In this document: positions 29,513 through 48,600 of the stretch, in pieces | Layout of the letters: each line of letters begins with the position of its first letter | Numbering within the stretch: position 1 is the stretch's first letter | Origin: the human T2T-CHM13v2.0 reference genome, Homo sapiens | Assembly (NCBI RefSeq): GCF_009914755.1 | Contig: NC_060933.1 | Length of the DNA stretch: 64,000 nucleotides | Strand: one strand, 5' to 3' | The notes under the pieces: model-generated | Seen by the model: only the letters and a program-made list of their open reading frames with translations | Told to the model about the DNA's origin: nothing | Database searches by the model: none | Translations under genes and position numbers: made by a program

Positions 29513-30620
29513 GGACATTGGTCTAGACAAGGAATTTATGAAAGAGACCTCAAAAGCTTAGGCCACAAAAACAAAATAGACAAATGGGACTTAATTAAAC
29601 TAAAAAGCTTCTGCACAGCAAAAGAAATAATCAACAAAGTGAAGAACAACCTGCCGAATGGGAGAAAATATTTGCAAACTATTATCTGACAGGAGACTAA
29701 TATCCAGAATATACAAACTCAAACAATGGGGAAAAAATAATCCCATTAAAAAGTGGAGAAAGGACATGAATAGACATTTCTCAAAAGAGGACATAAAAAT
29801 AACCAACAGATACATGAAAAAATCGTTACCATTACTAATCATTAGAGAAATGCAAACCAAAACCAAAATGACATATAATCTTATACCAGTCAGAATGGCT
29901 ATTAATAAAAAGACAAAATACAACAGATGTTGCTGAGGATATGGAGAAAAGGGAAGTCTTATACACTGCTGGTGAGAATGTAAACTAATACAGCCACCAA
30001 GGAAAACAATATGCAGATTTCCCAAAAAACTAAAACTGGAATTAACATTTGATCCAGCAATCCCTCTACTGGGTATCTACCCAAAGGAAAAATCAGTATA
30101 TCCAAGGGATACCTGCACTGGCATGTTTATTGCAGCACTATTCACAGTAACAAAGATACAGAATCAACCTAAATGCCCATCAATAATGAAAGGGTAAAGA
30201 AAATATGGTACATATACACAATGGAATACTATTCAGCCATGAAAATGAATGAAATCATGCCATTTGCAGCAGCATGGGGATGGAATTGGAGGTCATTATG
30301 CTAAGGGAAATAAGCCAGGCACAGCAGGACAAATATCTTATGTTCTCAATCGTATGTGGAAGCTTAAATATTTCATTCCATGGAGGTAGATGGTAGAAAG
30401 ATGACAGAGACTCAGAAGTAGGGGGAAAGGGAGAGCAGATGAAAGGAAGTGGGTTAAAGAATACAAACCTACAGTAAGGTAGAAGAAATAACGTCAATGA
30501 CTGTAGTTAACAAAAACGTGCTCGCGTGATGGACACCCTAAATCCTCGGATTTCATCAGTATAGATTCATTACATACATGTAACAAAATTTTACATGTAC
30601 CTCATAAATTTATACAAACA
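29513..30620 (+). mobile_element. L1 3' fragment (L1MA/PB-like)
   Basis: Degenerate ORF2 C-terminus (NPIKKWRKDMNRHFSKEDI) and 3'UTR. Confidence 0.92.
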
Positions 30621-31790
30621 CCACCAAGAAGAACCCTGTTTTTCTTGGAGCCAGTGAACTGCCAATGTGTCTGTGTAGCAAAGTTAACTACTTAGAGAAG
30701 CAAGGCTCCCAGGAAAATAGGTCCTTGAAGTTAGTGTGCATATTCTATAGTCTGATTCCATCTATATAAGTGACAGTAAAAGTGAGAATTTTTTGACGCT
30801 CCAGGAATTCATTCATTACAAATTTAAATAGGCACATAAGTGAGTAGGTACAAGCGACTTCCAACCCCCTCACCCAAAGGAGCAGAGATATTCTAAGGAT
30901 TAGAGCTGGAAGAAAACCTAGACAATTTCTTAATAGAACCCTTTTCAAATTCTTACACCAAAATCCAATATTCAAAAGAAAGTCTTGGTAGAGGCAGAGG
31001 TGGAACACCCAGGGCCTCTGCTACTGTGGCCTTTCCCTCCACTTCAACCACCCCTCTAGCCTGAGGCATTCTTGTGAAACCTCATGGCTTTAAGGAACCC
31101 ACTAACAATTGCATTTTGCCCCATCTTCTCACCTGTCTGAGCAGAAATGCCTAGCACTTCTACTTCCAAGGTATTTTTTGAGGTGTCATTGGCTTTAGTT
31201 TAGCCTGAAGAATTAAAAGAATCTCGAGTGTAGATGATTTCAAGCTCAACTTGTTCCCTTTATGAAAGTATAATACTGAATTTGAGACGTAACTTTCATG
31301 GATGGAAATAGACTGCAGGTCCACAATCCTATAATCCCAAAGCTTTGGAAACCAAAAGCCTCTTAACTCATTTGGTGCTTTCAGTTCTCCTAGAGCTCTG
31401 CACAGCAGCAGTCCCAGCTGAGCACCAGAGGTGGATAGGTAGAACCTTTTAAAAACTTGAACAGAAAACTTAACAGTGTTCCAGTCAGGTGGCTAAGGGC
31501 TGGGCATTCGATTTAGTGTCTGAGCTCTCCCTCTCTGTGGGAAGCAGAGAATTAAACAGAACTAGGGAGCACTTTCTGCCCAGTAGCAGTCCCTCAAAAC
31601 AAAGTGCTTAGGAAACTAGGAAACGAAGAGGCATAGCCATAAAGCTTAAGGTCTTTATTTGCCTGTCTTTAAAGAGTCCTTTATAAAGCCAGCTTGTCTT
31701 CCCACCCCCACCCCAATGTCATTCTTTTAAACAGGCAGGGACATTTTAGTAGCACACTGTACTCCTAATGCCTGTTGCTACTCCTTATTG

Positions 31791-31805
31791 GAGAGAGAGA
31801 GAGAG

Positions 31806-31846
<41 letters not shown>
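31791..31846. repeat. Compound microsatellite (GA)9(GT)19
   Basis: Direct reading. Confidence 0.97.
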
Positions 31847-31848
<2 letters not shown>

Positions 31849-34093
31849 TTGAGAGAGAGGGAGTAAAACACAGCTTTATGATGATCAGGCAGAAGCTTGA
31901 GTAAAGTGGAAATATCTCGGATAAGAAAAGCTAGAAATTAAACTCCTTTTTGGCTTCGGATATTTTCTTAGTAGAAAATGCTGATGCCTGTCCTGAGTCT
32001 CCTCAATATAGACTCTTAGAGCAGAGCTGCTAGGATTTTAATAGAATTTATTACTGTTGATAGCTTGTATATTACAACTAAATTCAGAGACCCTCTTTAA
32101 GGCAATAGTAGAGTAAATATCAGCCTTGGGATACTGTATGCCCATACTTAATCCCAGGCCACTCTGAGTGCCTAGGAAATCTGTAGCTTCAAACTCATTC
32201 TTAAGGAGGTTGTCTTCCAGGTACCTTAACCCTGAGGTGGGAAACTATCAATTGACATTGACCTTTAAGTTGCTATTCAAATCTGATTACAAGGTTTCCA
32301 TTTTGATTATGTAGATATCAATGTCAATGTTGTTGTCTCATTTTGACTTAATAACCTTTGGTAACTAAAACCTTAAAAAAAAAATCAGAGGCTTTCAGTC
32401 TTTACTGTATCTTAACTCCAACCTGACTATTCTTTCCAAGTATATTTATACCTATGTTCTCAGACTACAAATCATTCTTTTCCTGATTACTCAAGGTAGA
32501 GTCTTACCACTTTCACAGTCCCCAAAGGTAGTAAGGTCATATAGAACTGCAAGACACGTACCCTCAGCATTGAGAATATTGCAAACATATTAAGAATCCA
32601 GTGGCAATGAGGGGAGAGGGGAGAGGCACCAGGTACCTCAGATTTGGTTTAGCAGTATAAAACAACACAGGTGATGCTTCCTGACAACAATCTCTACCCT
32701 CCTCTAGTTCCCCTTCTAAATCCCTAGTATATTACAACCAATAAAACGTGAAGAATGAAAAAGTATTATGAAATGAAGGTAGGAAACCATTCTGCTTTGT
32801 AGCTGGGTCCTAGCTTAATTAGACTCATGGGAGCAGAGTGATAGATGCAGTTTTAAAAGCAACATATTTAATATCCAAGGAAGTAACCACACCCATATGG
32901 TCATCTTGATTTGGGCCAAATTTTAATCTCCCTGGGAAGAGCCACAAAGCACGAAATGCTCCCAGACAGCAGGGAGTAGCTGACACTAGGGAGACCAACT
33001 AGGGTATTGTGCACGTAACACAAGAGTTCCAGTCTGTGCTTGTCTCTGTAATATCAGTTCTTATGCCAGCATGCCACAGCTGCAAATGCTGAAAGGTGGC
33101 AGGAAATCGGAAGGCCTTCTGCTGGGACACCCTCCCTAAGTAATCTGCGTGAACTATATGATTCCACTGTTTTTCTCAAATATTTGCAGTATATTTGCTT
33201 TAAGGGCCACATCTGTGCCTTTTATCGTGAAGCAATCACATCCGCCAGAAGGACGGAACTGCTAATGATAGGAAGCACCTGAACATTAGCTGGCCTGTGC
33301 CGGGCAAAACACCAACTGTCCCACTTAGAAGTCTTAGTTCACACCATTGTGTGAATTAAATATCCATACATTAAGCATAGAAAACCAGATTCAGAGAAAT
33401 CGAAACTACATCTTCAGCTCCACCTCACTTTCCTTTCCTCTCCTCTTTAAATGACAAATGATCTTCCTTTCCCTCTTAACTATACTTTCTTGTTGCTTTT
33501 ATCTTGGAGCTGTTTTTTAAAGCTGTGTTTTTCCAATTAGACCTCAGTTTCTAAGAGGAGGAATCATGTATTAAATCTCTATTTCTACCCTATTCTTGCT
33601 GCTCCTTCTAAATCTTCTTCACTGTGCTTGTAATAGAAACATCATTAATGGATAATAGTATGGATGTGGACAAGAAATGCCATTAAAGGATTAGGACTTG
33701 GCTGATTATAGCCACACACGTAGTTTCAACAAATGAGAGAAATGAGTCCACAGGCAGAGATGATGCCCCTTGTGGTCTCTGGGCAATCTGGATTCCTTCT
33801 ATTTTCGTCTGGCTCCATTTGCCCGAGATCACTATTCCAGCCACCATGCCCAATTTTCAGGTACCAGGAATGAAGAGATGGAAAGAAAATGGATCCTCTA
33901 TCCTCTTAAGGACATTTCCCAAAGTTGTATATACCATTTTAGTTTACATTCCATTAGTCAGAATGTAGCCCCTTGGCTGCACCTCACTGAGAAAGAGGCT
34001 TGAAAATCTAGTATTTAGTCTTAGCATGCACCCAGCTAAGAACGCAATTACTGTCAGTCACTGGCTGAAGAGCCATCCTACTCTGGCCCTTAG

Positions 34094-34336
<243 letters not shown>

Positions 34337-36418
34337 TAAAGAGTTTGATGACTTATGCATTTTGTTAAAATATGATGTTATCTTAGTCTGCAAATGTATT
34401 GAGATTCTGAAAATAAAATCCACTTCTAACAATTGCTTTGAAAGAATCTATACTTCTCTGTGTAAAGGAATAAAATTGAATGTTTGACGTGGGGTTATCA
34501 ACTTGAGAATGGAATGATAAGGTGATGTTCCATTTAAATGACAGGACCTAGTTTATCTTAGATCAGACAAACGTGGAATAGGAATCTGGGAGAAGGGAGA
34601 AGAGGACCAGAAATAGAGACAAACAGAAGATTGCTTAGAAGGGGCTTTTTTCCCCTTTTAATTTTCAAATGGCTCTGATCCTAGAAAAGAAGGCAAGCCA
34701 TGGACATGAGAAAATCCCATAAAGTTTCAGGGGGTTAATTAACCCTTGACATAGAAACTACAAGCCAGCACAGATCAAAGATCAGATAAGGATTCTTTTT
34801 TAATTCTCTGCCTACAATAGTTGCTAATTCTAAAGCATTAGCAGGGCGGAAGACATTCTCTCCCCAAGAGAATGGGGATACAGTGTCACAGCCATCAATC
34901 AGCATCTATTAAAAGATCACTGTGAGAAATGCCTATGTATGCAATCTATACAACCTCATGTCAAGCCAAAATAGCTGAGAACTGCATGGCAAGATTACAT
35001 TTACATACCATGAATACATGCTGAAATTTGCTCTACGATCCCTTTGTTCAGGGTTGTAAACATTCTGAAACAATATTCTATGTGAATATTGGTGCTAACA
35101 TTGTCATTTATCTTTTAAAAGATGTTATATAAAGATGTTCACTATACAAGGTAGAAATACAGAAGAAAAGTAGAGTCTAAATGTAGGTTTCATCAACTGC
35201 CATCTTGTTATGCCTTTACCTACTTCTTCATGCATCATTATTAAAATGCTATAAAGTATGCATCATGGCAGACCTTGTGCTACACCTGATCTCTCAGAGC
35301 AGTATCACAGGTGTTTTCATGCCAATGTGTAAAGCAGATCAGTAGCTCCTTTAGAAGCATAAGAAAGTCCATTCTACCATCTCAGGGAAGAAACTTACAT
35401 CCAGTCTCAGGACCAAGAATAGTTCTCCTGTGCAACACTTTATCATCATTTGCATTTTAACACTAAGATTTTAATCTATTCCACAAGACACTGAGTCTCA
35501 TGCTATTTCTGGGTTACCTAGGTAATTTAGTTCTCTTACTAAATATCTCCTTAGAGAGTCCTCACTCTTGTCAACTATTTTCCTGTTGTAAGTTGCAATT
35601 TTTTTTCCTCTCTTCTAAACGATATATTTGGCAAAACCCATTGCTTGTTCTTAAAAAGTAATTATTCTCTTTGTGTTGCACAAGTCTTTTTTTACCATGT
35701 GACTCAGTAGGAACTAACCTGGGTCAACTTGGGATTTTTCTAAAATAGTCTTGTATAAGTACTCTCTACTAGCCACATGGTAGGAGAGTTTGGCAAAGAA
35801 AAAGAGGTAGATGTATATCTAATCAAGATCATTTGAGGCAGGAAAAATTATATCCTTAGCCAAAATTTGTCTCTACTTCCTGTGTGTGACAGTAGAGAAA
35901 GAAAGTAGAAATATTACAATCAGGGAAGGTCTGAGTGCTTACTTTGTTTCTCTATGGAAGAGGAAAGCTATAGAATTACTTAAAACTTCCAAAGCTGCCT
36001 CCTATTTTTAGTCTAACCTCTTAATATGGAACTTGGTTACAATATTTAGCTTAGTTCTTTATTTCCAGTATGTCAATGGGCATAGTCAACTTAACCTTAG
36101 ATTCTATTAGCCATGTGCTTCTGTTGGTCCCATTAACTCATTCTTTTATAATGTTAGGCTGAGCTAATTAATCAGCAACCTAAGTACTCTAAATATGTAA
36201 CTGCTAATTCTCTTCCTCTGTAGCACATCTAAATTCCTATTTGTCTCTCAAGGCCCAGTTCACATATCCTTTCTTTACCCTCCCAGTCTATGCTCCAAAT
36301 GAAGAGAGAGAACCATACGGCAATTTGTCTGTCTCTGTTTATCTTTTGCTCAAACACTGTGGTATACAGCCAATCTTTCACATCCTCCTTACGTTTTCTA
36401 AGACTTAAAATCATGGAG

Positions 36419-36748
<330 letters not shown>

Positions 36749-37847
36749 TGGGGTCTCTTTACAGCCATTCCGCTACTCCCTCTTTTGTAGCTTCCAAAGA
36801 ATATCACAGGTTGAATTATAGCAACTAACCCTGCAGACCCTCTGACTTCTTCCTCCATGCTCAGGAGAACACAGACCTTGAATAGCACTTAATTCATTAA
36901 CATTAGTGTTTGAGTTTTTCAGTGATTTTAGAAACAGGCATGAATCTAAAGCTAGCATGGCCAGTCTTGTTTCCTTGGCTGTGTAATTCAAGGAGATAAT
37001 CCTTTATAGATCATCATAATTTGTCAACCCATCTTGAGTTCTAGAAATTAACTGTAATCACTGTCTCTCTCCTTTACAATATCTTACTCTCAACCAGAGT
37101 GGTCCAAGGGCACACTCTAAGCTCTGAGAGTTCTACCTGCTTTAAACCAGTGATTTGAGAAACAGTCCCTTTCAAATGTTCATCAAATTGTGAATTTTTC
37201 ACTTATTTACCTTCACAGAATATATGTTATAGAGGAATGTTTTAAAATAGAAATTGGGTAGAAGGTATAAGCATATAGGCAAGAAAGAATATAATCTAAG
37301 AAAGATAAGCTTAGGGTATCCTGTGTGGCTACTTTATATCAAGATTCATCCTGCTCCGTGATTCCTTCATGGGTAGGATAATCAAGCTGCCCGATTTGCT
37401 TAGGACAGTCCTGGTTTATGCTTATCTTCCAGATATAATTAAAAGTGTCCCCTTTCTGCTGAGACTGTCCCAGTTTGGACAAAAAATTGCATGGTAACCC
37501 TAAGTATAGGGGAAAGACCTGCCCCAGGAAGAATTAGCAACAGAATCAATTCCTCTCCTTAGGCTATTTTAACATTAGCAGGCAGTTATGGATATTAGCA
37601 CTGACAGCTTCAATGACTTTTAGCTGGTTGATGTTAGCCTACCCCTTGGCTAGAAAGGCTAAAATCTTCTCTCCCTTGAATTCTAAGTACAACATCTCTT
37701 GTTACACTGATTGAGTTTTCTCCCCTTTCTACCTGATGAGTTTCTTTGCCCCTGTAGACCAGTATGGGTGACAATATTCAGTACTGGGGTTTGGCCTTCA
37801 TTCTCCACACTAAACACATGTGTTGTTAGGGGATGCCCCTTGAACAG

Positions 37848-38212
37848 TATATTAGTCAGCTCAGACTGCTGTCACAAAAATACCATAAGTGGGTGGCTGA
37901 AACAACAGAAATTTATTTCTCATAGTTGTGGAGGCTGAGAAGAGACCTGCCAGTAGATCTGATATCAGGTGAGGGCTGTCTTTCTGGTTTGCAGATGACC
38001 ATCTTCTCACTGTGTCCTTACATAGTAGATAACAAAGAGAGAGAGAGTAAGCGCTCTGGTTTCTTTTTATGAGGGTGCTAATCCCATTCATGGGGGCTCC
38101 ACCCTCATGACTTAATTACCTCCCAGAGGCCCTACCTCCTAATAACATCATGTTAGGGGTTAGGATTTCCACACGTGAATTCTGGGTGGAGACAAACATT
38201 CAGTCCCCAGCA
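37848..38212 (-). mobile_element. MaLR solo LTR (MLT1A/MST-like)
   Basis: aaacaacagaaatttatttctcatagttgtggaggctg...gctccaccctcatgac motifs. Confidence 0.85.
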
Positions 38213-38617
38213 AGCAGTTCTACTATGATCCAGTCAGAAGATGGAATGTTTAGCTGTTAAATGAAGTACTTGAATGACTTGGAAGAAATGCATGTAGAAA
38301 ATGAAAGTGTTACTTAATCTCAACATTATAAAACAGGCAGGAAGTTAAATGTAAGGTATCTCCGAGTTGTAAGATAATGGGCAACCTCTGTCTGACCTTG
38401 ACTTCAGTTTCCTCCAAGTCTCTCAAATGAGCATCTTCCTCCTCTGAAAAAAAATAATAATTTTTCTGAAGTTTCCCCTGGATATTGGCAGTTGAGTGCC
38501 CATTGACTCAGCTTTTTTTTAGAGCAAAACATGCCAAAATGCAGTATGAGCCCTCATGTGAAGCTAGGGCTGTGGGTAAATGACTTCAACTTTAACCCTT
38601 CAAATAAACGTTTGTAG

Positions 38618-38740
38618 TAAAGAAGACGTGTGCTGAATCTGACTTCGTGTGCAACAATGGCCAGTGTGTTCCCAGCCGATGGAAGTGTGATGGAGATCCT
38701 GACTGCGAAGATGGTTCAGATGAAAGCCCAGAACAGTGCC
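38618..38740 (+). CDS. VLDLR: VLDLR exon 3 (LDL-A repeat 2)
   Basis: ttgtag| [41 protein letters not shown] |gtgagt; 123 nt. Confidence 0.99.
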
Positions 38741-40116
38741 GTGAGTGTAACTTGCTTTGGCCTTGAACTTTGCCAAGTTGTTCGGTGTCTAACATTTCTA
38801 AGTATTGCTTAATCTCCTACTTGGTATTCATTTTTCTTTGCCTGCCTTAAAGTTTAGGTCAATTGACTCCAAGGGCAGTCAAATCATTACCAGTTTATCA
38901 GCCTCCTTTAAAGAATGTTCTCCCTGGTCCAACAAGACTGACATTCTCTTGGGTAGCTTCACTATTGAATACTTAAAACTGAAGTCAGCAGATTCAATCA
39001 AGAACTCCTTGACTAGGTGCATAGATTTCAAATGTCTGTTTATAATAACTGAGCAGATGGTACTCTGGTCCTGGAAGCTAAGTCAAGAAGTGAGGGTTCC
39101 CTATGGGCCAAGCAAAAGCTTTTAGAAGCACAGCTTATCATACTATTAAAAAGCTATTACTGAAGAGGTAAGGTAGCTAGTAATTGGGTGATATAGTGAC
39201 TCCTGACACACATGTAACCTCAAGTTACTAAAATGGAGATCTTACAGCATATTCTTAAATAAGAGAAACTTCATAGGTATGCAAGTATATACCTGTGTCC
39301 TTAGGAAAAAGTCTATGAGACCATAAAGAATGATGGTTTGGGATCATATAAATTGAGATCACACGAATGTCAAGGCAAAGAAAGTCTTAGAGTTTGAGTC
39401 AGTAGAGGCCTGCACTGGTAGAAACACTAAAAAAGGACTAACATGAACACAGTTTAGGTCTAAAGTGTGATTATGAAAGAAAATCAAATAGAAAGGAAGA
39501 TAAGGCTGTTACTTTCAATTTTCTAGATAAGAAGTGAGGGGAGTAATATTGGTCAAGGCAAGTGAGTTCAAGGCCTGTGAGCTAAAGACAGGTTGTGTAA
39601 AGATTCAGCCTCAACTTTTAGTGGAGAATGACCTGGTCAAGTCAAGCATTAGGGCATGCTTCTACTTTGCAAGATGTCAATCTAAAGGACATTGTGAAGG
39701 AGGCCCATAAAGGAATCTAGGCAATAGAAGATTTTGTAGGTGTTTGACCATCTGACTTTTCATGTATTTGAGATTAGATGACAATATCTAGGTGTGCCCA
39801 CTTGACATCCAACAGATAAATAGTGGTCTAGGAGCAGGCCAGCCAATAAACTTCACCACGCCAAGTAAAACAAAAGCCAGAACTGAGCACGCCATGGGAC
39901 CTTGAAGGAGTGACGTGGTCAAAGCTGTCACGTACACTGCCAGGTAGCATAGGTTGGCACAGCTTCTAAGGAGTGGAGCTGATGAAAGAGCTCCCCGGGC
40001 TTCAGCCAGTTAGTAGAATTTCACCAGTGTGCCAGGCTACTGAGTCACAGGTATTAGCGCTTCCAGGCAGCACAGGAGCAGCAGCTTTGCATTGATCAGT
40101 TCTGAGGCTCTTTTGA

Positions 40117-40278
<162 letters not shown>

Positions 40279-41884
40279 TGACGTAACCCAAAGACCCTTT
40301 TCCTAAAGGAAGGGTGGGCAGGGGAAACTAATCTAAGCCTGAAGACGCACTGACATTGACTCACTTTTCAGTGACTTCACTATCTGCTCAATTACTTGTC
40401 CTTCATAACTGCCCTAAAACCCTAAAAGACATTCATGTGGCAATTGACCATCGCTTGGTGTTTCTTTTAGGCAAATAGAAATAAGAAGGTAAGTCATTCA
40501 AGGCACTTATATATAGAAGTAGCTCAGGGAAGCAGCAATTGTGTGGGCTTTTGTTTTGACAGTAATTCATGTGTCTTTTGCACTTTGGCACAATAAAATT
40601 AGAAGGTGAGTAGGGTTGGCAAACACATTCATAGGTCTAAATTTGATTGGGTTATTGGAATAAATTATTTGAGTATTATACAAGCATTTCTTTGCCCATG
40701 AACTAGATTCTGGCATAACTTTCCCAGAAAAAAAAAAAAAAAAGACACAGAAGCATGAATTAACATCTTGCCTCAGATACCCAAAGAAAAGTCTACCCAA
40801 CTGGTGATACCTTTGTCTCCTGTTGCAGTTCCTGTCTCTGAAAGCTAACTCTGCTTCCTATTCTTTCATGTTTCTGGTCTTGGAAAATCTTTAATAAAAT
40901 GCTGCATGTTGAAGGTGAGGGCCTGGGAAAATCACTAGGTTGAACAAACAGTGCTTTGAATGTTCTTTCAAGCTACTGCCCTTTTTATAGGGCCTCTAAA
41001 ACCTACAGCTCCCAAGTCTGACAAGCATGGGCCTCCTGATATGGTAGTAGTCAAGGGAGCTCAGGGCACTTACAGTTGAAACACCAGTCTTGTGTGTAGA
41101 AGTCGCCTCCTGAGGTCAATACCACTGCACCTAGTCCAATGAGTTTTAGTGTTCAATCCTAGAATTGGGTTTTCTGTATTGGTAAGCCCTGGTGCTGCCA
41201 AGTGTTTCCCTTATAAATCTAGACTTTGCTTCCCAAGAGAGTCGTGGTCTCTATTCTAATTGCCACCAAATTGTGACCTTGAAACATTTGGCAGGAATTT
41301 AAGTCAAAGTACCAATTGGCTAGTAGGACTAGCTTATCATTGTCAGCATACCTGATTGTTAAATGGTGATTATAGCCCTGGCAGTGACTTTTTCAAAATG
41401 GAAAGTGTTTAAGACTTGTTATTCCTGATCCTTATTTAAAGGACCAAAAAGAGGAACCATATATGGTGGTATGTGGTTCACCTCTTTTGGTGACAAAGTC
41501 TTAATGCTTGTTGTGAGTATTACGTTGCATGATATTCTCAACTAGTGATAAGATCTGACAAGCAGTATGTTGATTCAAGGACAACTCAATCTCTGCCTTC
41601 CAAATTGAAATCCCTTGTTACAGTTTGTTATTTATGATGGCCACTTTTAGAATCAATTGTGGTTCTCATCTCAAATTAATTTCCAGTCTTCAACTATTTT
41701 CTTGGTTCTTTATTTCTGTTCTTCTTATTTATTGTGTGCCTTCATTTTTTGTACAATGAGACTGTACAAAAGTTCTTGATTTAACTCCATTGTAGCCTTT
41801 AAGTTGGGCTAGTAAGTTAGGATTAATGAATAAAGATCAATGTATTAGATTTTGGGACAAGAATCTTGAACGGACCAATCTTGA

Positions 41885-42295
<411 letters not shown>

Positions 42296-42298
42296 TAG

Positions 42299-42592
<294 letters not shown>

Positions 42593-42595
42593 TAG

Positions 42596-42718
42596 TCAAT
42601 CAGTGCTTGGGCCCTGGAAAATTCAAGTGCAGAAGTGGAGAATGCATAGATATCAGCAAAGTATGTAACCAGGAGCAGGACTGCAGGGACTGGAGTGATG
42701 AGCCCCTGAAAGAGTGTC
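42596..42718 (+). CDS. VLDLR: VLDLR exon 7 (LDL-A repeat 8)
   Basis: ttgtag| [41 protein letters not shown] |gtaagt; 123 nt. Confidence 0.99.
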
Positions 42719-42897
42719 GTAAGTGTACTTGTTGTTCAAGTACAGATCCTGGAAGTTTGACACAATCCAGTATAGCTAACACTGTGTGGACCCCCCGTGA
42801 TGGCTAGTTAAACTTTTGAATGTACTGAAGTTCAATTGTAGACTTCAGAGTGAAACTTTATGACTTAAAAGCCCAGGTAGGACAAACTAGTTTATAG

Positions 42898-43226
<329 letters not shown>

Positions 43227-43439
43227 CAAACTAGTTTATAGTTTAACCTCCTTAAAGATAACTGATCATCAATAGAGAAACTTGACTAAATGCTTGACCA
43301 GCTGGTAACTTGCCGAGGAGTTAGATAATCCACCCTGAAATATATACCTATAAAATAAATGATTAGGTCTTAGACAAATCGTGGGTTTGACCAGGCCAAC
43401 TAGATAAGTTATCACAAATAGCCTGGGTTTTAAATGTGA

Positions 43440-43845
<406 letters not shown>

Positions 43846-44219
43846 TGAACTTGGACTGGTATGGCTGTTGTACCTTTATGAGTAAGTGCCTCTAAAAGGT
43901 ACAGCCAGTGACTACAATAGTCAAACTAAACATGAAATTGTACTTGAGAACAATGCTGCTAACCTCATAATACAGCAGTATAGGTCAAATAGCAGATCTC
44001 TCCCCTAGATATGTACCTTGATCATTCCTTTTGCATATGATACCATGAATACCTACCAGGTTTGCATGCTCTGTTTCCAAAACTTGAGTCCAACTCAAAC
44101 AAGTGACTTATTCATCACTCACCCTGTTCTTGAAGGCTGTAACCCCACGACTGCCTTCCTAAACTGTAGGAAGCACTTGCAGGTCCCAGGGGCAGGAACT
44201 CCAGAACAGATACTACTGA

Positions 44220-44504
<285 letters not shown>

Positions 44505-45065
44505 TAACTTTCAGTTCCTTTTGTGGTGTCTTGACATAAGTCATTGTCACTTGGGAAGTGATCTGTGGGATAGTTTGGAGGAGTTTCTTTTGTGTCTAGC
44601 CCCATCTAGCATCGAATTACCTGGGGACATTAAATCTAATGCTAATTCTTTATTAAACTGTTATCACTTCCTAATTAGAAACTAACAATTGTCTATGAAG
44701 TAAAAGATGACATCTTTCATATTTTTTATATTTTCTCCCTTTTCTCTACAGTTAATTGAGAACTGTTCATTGTTGCTACAAATAGAAATGGTAGTACAGC
44801 CTTTTCTTAATGGGAACTATAGAAACTCAGATGATGGATACTGAAACAAATAGCTTCACTTAGAAATTTGTTGTTCTTGTATATAGAATACATACCAGCA
44901 ACTAGATAATCTACAGCATTATTAATTTAGGATCAGTAAGCAGCATGGTTAAATAATTTGAGTGGTGAGCTGTGGTGTTAACTGGATTTCTTTCTGAACA
45001 AAGTCATTGACCATTTTGTAAGCAAAAAGTCCATTCTCCAAGCTCTAATTGTGTCAAACTCTTAA

Positions 45066-45383
<318 letters not shown>

Positions 45384-46157
45384 TAGTACTCAAATCTCAA
45401 GGTTTATGAGCCTTCTGCAACAAAGAATTAGAATTCTAATTTAAGATATCAGTTTTGCCCCAGGTGAGTGACCCTGGGATGTCCTTATCTATATGACAGG
45501 TCCTCCTGTCTGACTCTCGTATGACTGATTGCTGGCTGACATTAATGAATTAACATTCCTGATTTGATGTGTGTACCAAAAGCTGTATCTGAACCCTTTT
45601 GTCCACCCAGTTTCTACGCAAGTGATTTTTTAATTTTTGACTGAAAGCTTTGCTGGGCTAGCTCTGGATGATCAAACCTAAACGACAGCCTGAATTGTGA
45701 GGATTTGGGTAACCACATTGCATCTAAGTGTGCAAGTTGTCTGAAAGTCCAGCAGAAATAAACAGACCTTTCTAGAAACATTTCACTAAGGGGGTTCTGT
45801 AAATTGCCACTAAGTAACATAGAAGAGCAGCTCAGGAAGTTGACTAAGGCTGTAGTTGTCATCACAACTGGCCCCCGTGCAGCCTCATTAGAACTCAGTC
45901 AGCCAGCCAACCCCTGCTATGAAATTTGAAGGATGTTCGTCTTGCACTCCTCTGTAAGAACTGACCTTTTAAAAAGGAAACATAACCTTGTGACTTTGGG
46001 CCGAAATTTAAATGTCAGACAAACATAGATTATTATAGTTAATAATGAGCTTGTAGATTCTTAATATTCAATTTTATTTACCTAGAACATAATTTAGACC
46101 CTTAAGTGTTACTATTTGTCACTAGAGAATGCCTTGAGTTTTCTGCTCAAATTTTAA

Positions 46158-46394
<237 letters not shown>

Positions 46395-46946
46395 TAGTGT
46401 TTCCATTTATCTCCATGGTGAATTCTGGACTAGCAGATGACTCTACTGCTTCCGCCTAAATTCTAGCAGGAATTTTCAATGGGAGTAACTGAACAACACA
46501 AGTAAAATGGTGGATTAACAAATTACACATTCCATAATTACTGGCCTGTTGTCCAGCTGGGCCTAATATGTGACACAAATTCAGTGAACGTTGGGTCTTG
46601 GGTGCACTCATACTAAATATTCTGGGCATGAGTGCCTTAGCATTTCCTGAATTGCAGGCTTTTAACAGTTTTCTTCTGGCTTTTTGGAGGAGAACAACAA
46701 AATGGTAGCCTCTTTTAATATTTTCTGTAATGTGAGTAATATTTCTTAAGTCATTTGCTTTGAGAATCTCAGGTACCCTGTTAGTCCCCAAAAATGAACG
46801 TGGATACAGGCTCTGCATGCTGCTTCGCAAGGTTTATGGTGACCCCGTTAAGAAACCCTGCTGGGGAAAGAACCGTGAAAGTAGATTATTAATTCATTAG
46901 ATATTTTTAATGGAAGCCAGAGTAGTAGTGGCTTGTCATGTAATGA

Positions 46947-47138
<192 letters not shown>

Positions 47139-47426
47139 TGAGCTACTATATCACTTTGAGAAGAAATAACAGACATAGCGGGAGGAGGGAAGAGCAGCTG
47201 AACATGGCTTGAGAAACTGCTTTCACTTAAAACCTGGTACAAATCAGACACTAAGTCCCAGAAGCACTCCACACCTAAACTTGATTCTTTTACAGTTTTA
47301 TATCCAGTGTCCCAGTTCAGCATTCAGTAAACTTAGTCCATTAAATGAGAAGTAAATGATGATGACCTTAGAAATGGACTTGTGTTAATCCTGGATGTAC
47401 ATGCTAATTGTGGGCTTCTGTTTTAG

Positions 47427-47591
<165 letters not shown>

Positions 47592-47899
47592 TAATAACTA
47601 CTTTAAGGGAAGCAGCATGACACAGAACCTGCTGGATGTCAGTAGCTCTTGGCAACTCAGTTTTCTTTAAAAGGGAACTTTTGCCCTCCTGTACCCTACC
47701 TTAAACATTTCACATGTTATTTTTTTATTTCTGCTGCCTCAGAGAAATGGCTTCTCAACTTCAGCTCCTGGCTTTCCTCCCAAGCCTCAGTGTCAGAGCT
47801 TTTATTTCTGTTTCATTCATGTCCCCTTGGCCTTCAGCCCCTCTTGCCAAGACTATTGCAGTAGCCTCCAAAGTAGCTTTTGTGCTACAAGCTTTCTCT

Positions 47900-48600
<701 letters not shown>

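Noticed and set aside
39843-39860. Canonical ERSE
   Set aside because: Spacer is 8 nt, not the required 9; kept only as part of a motif cluster
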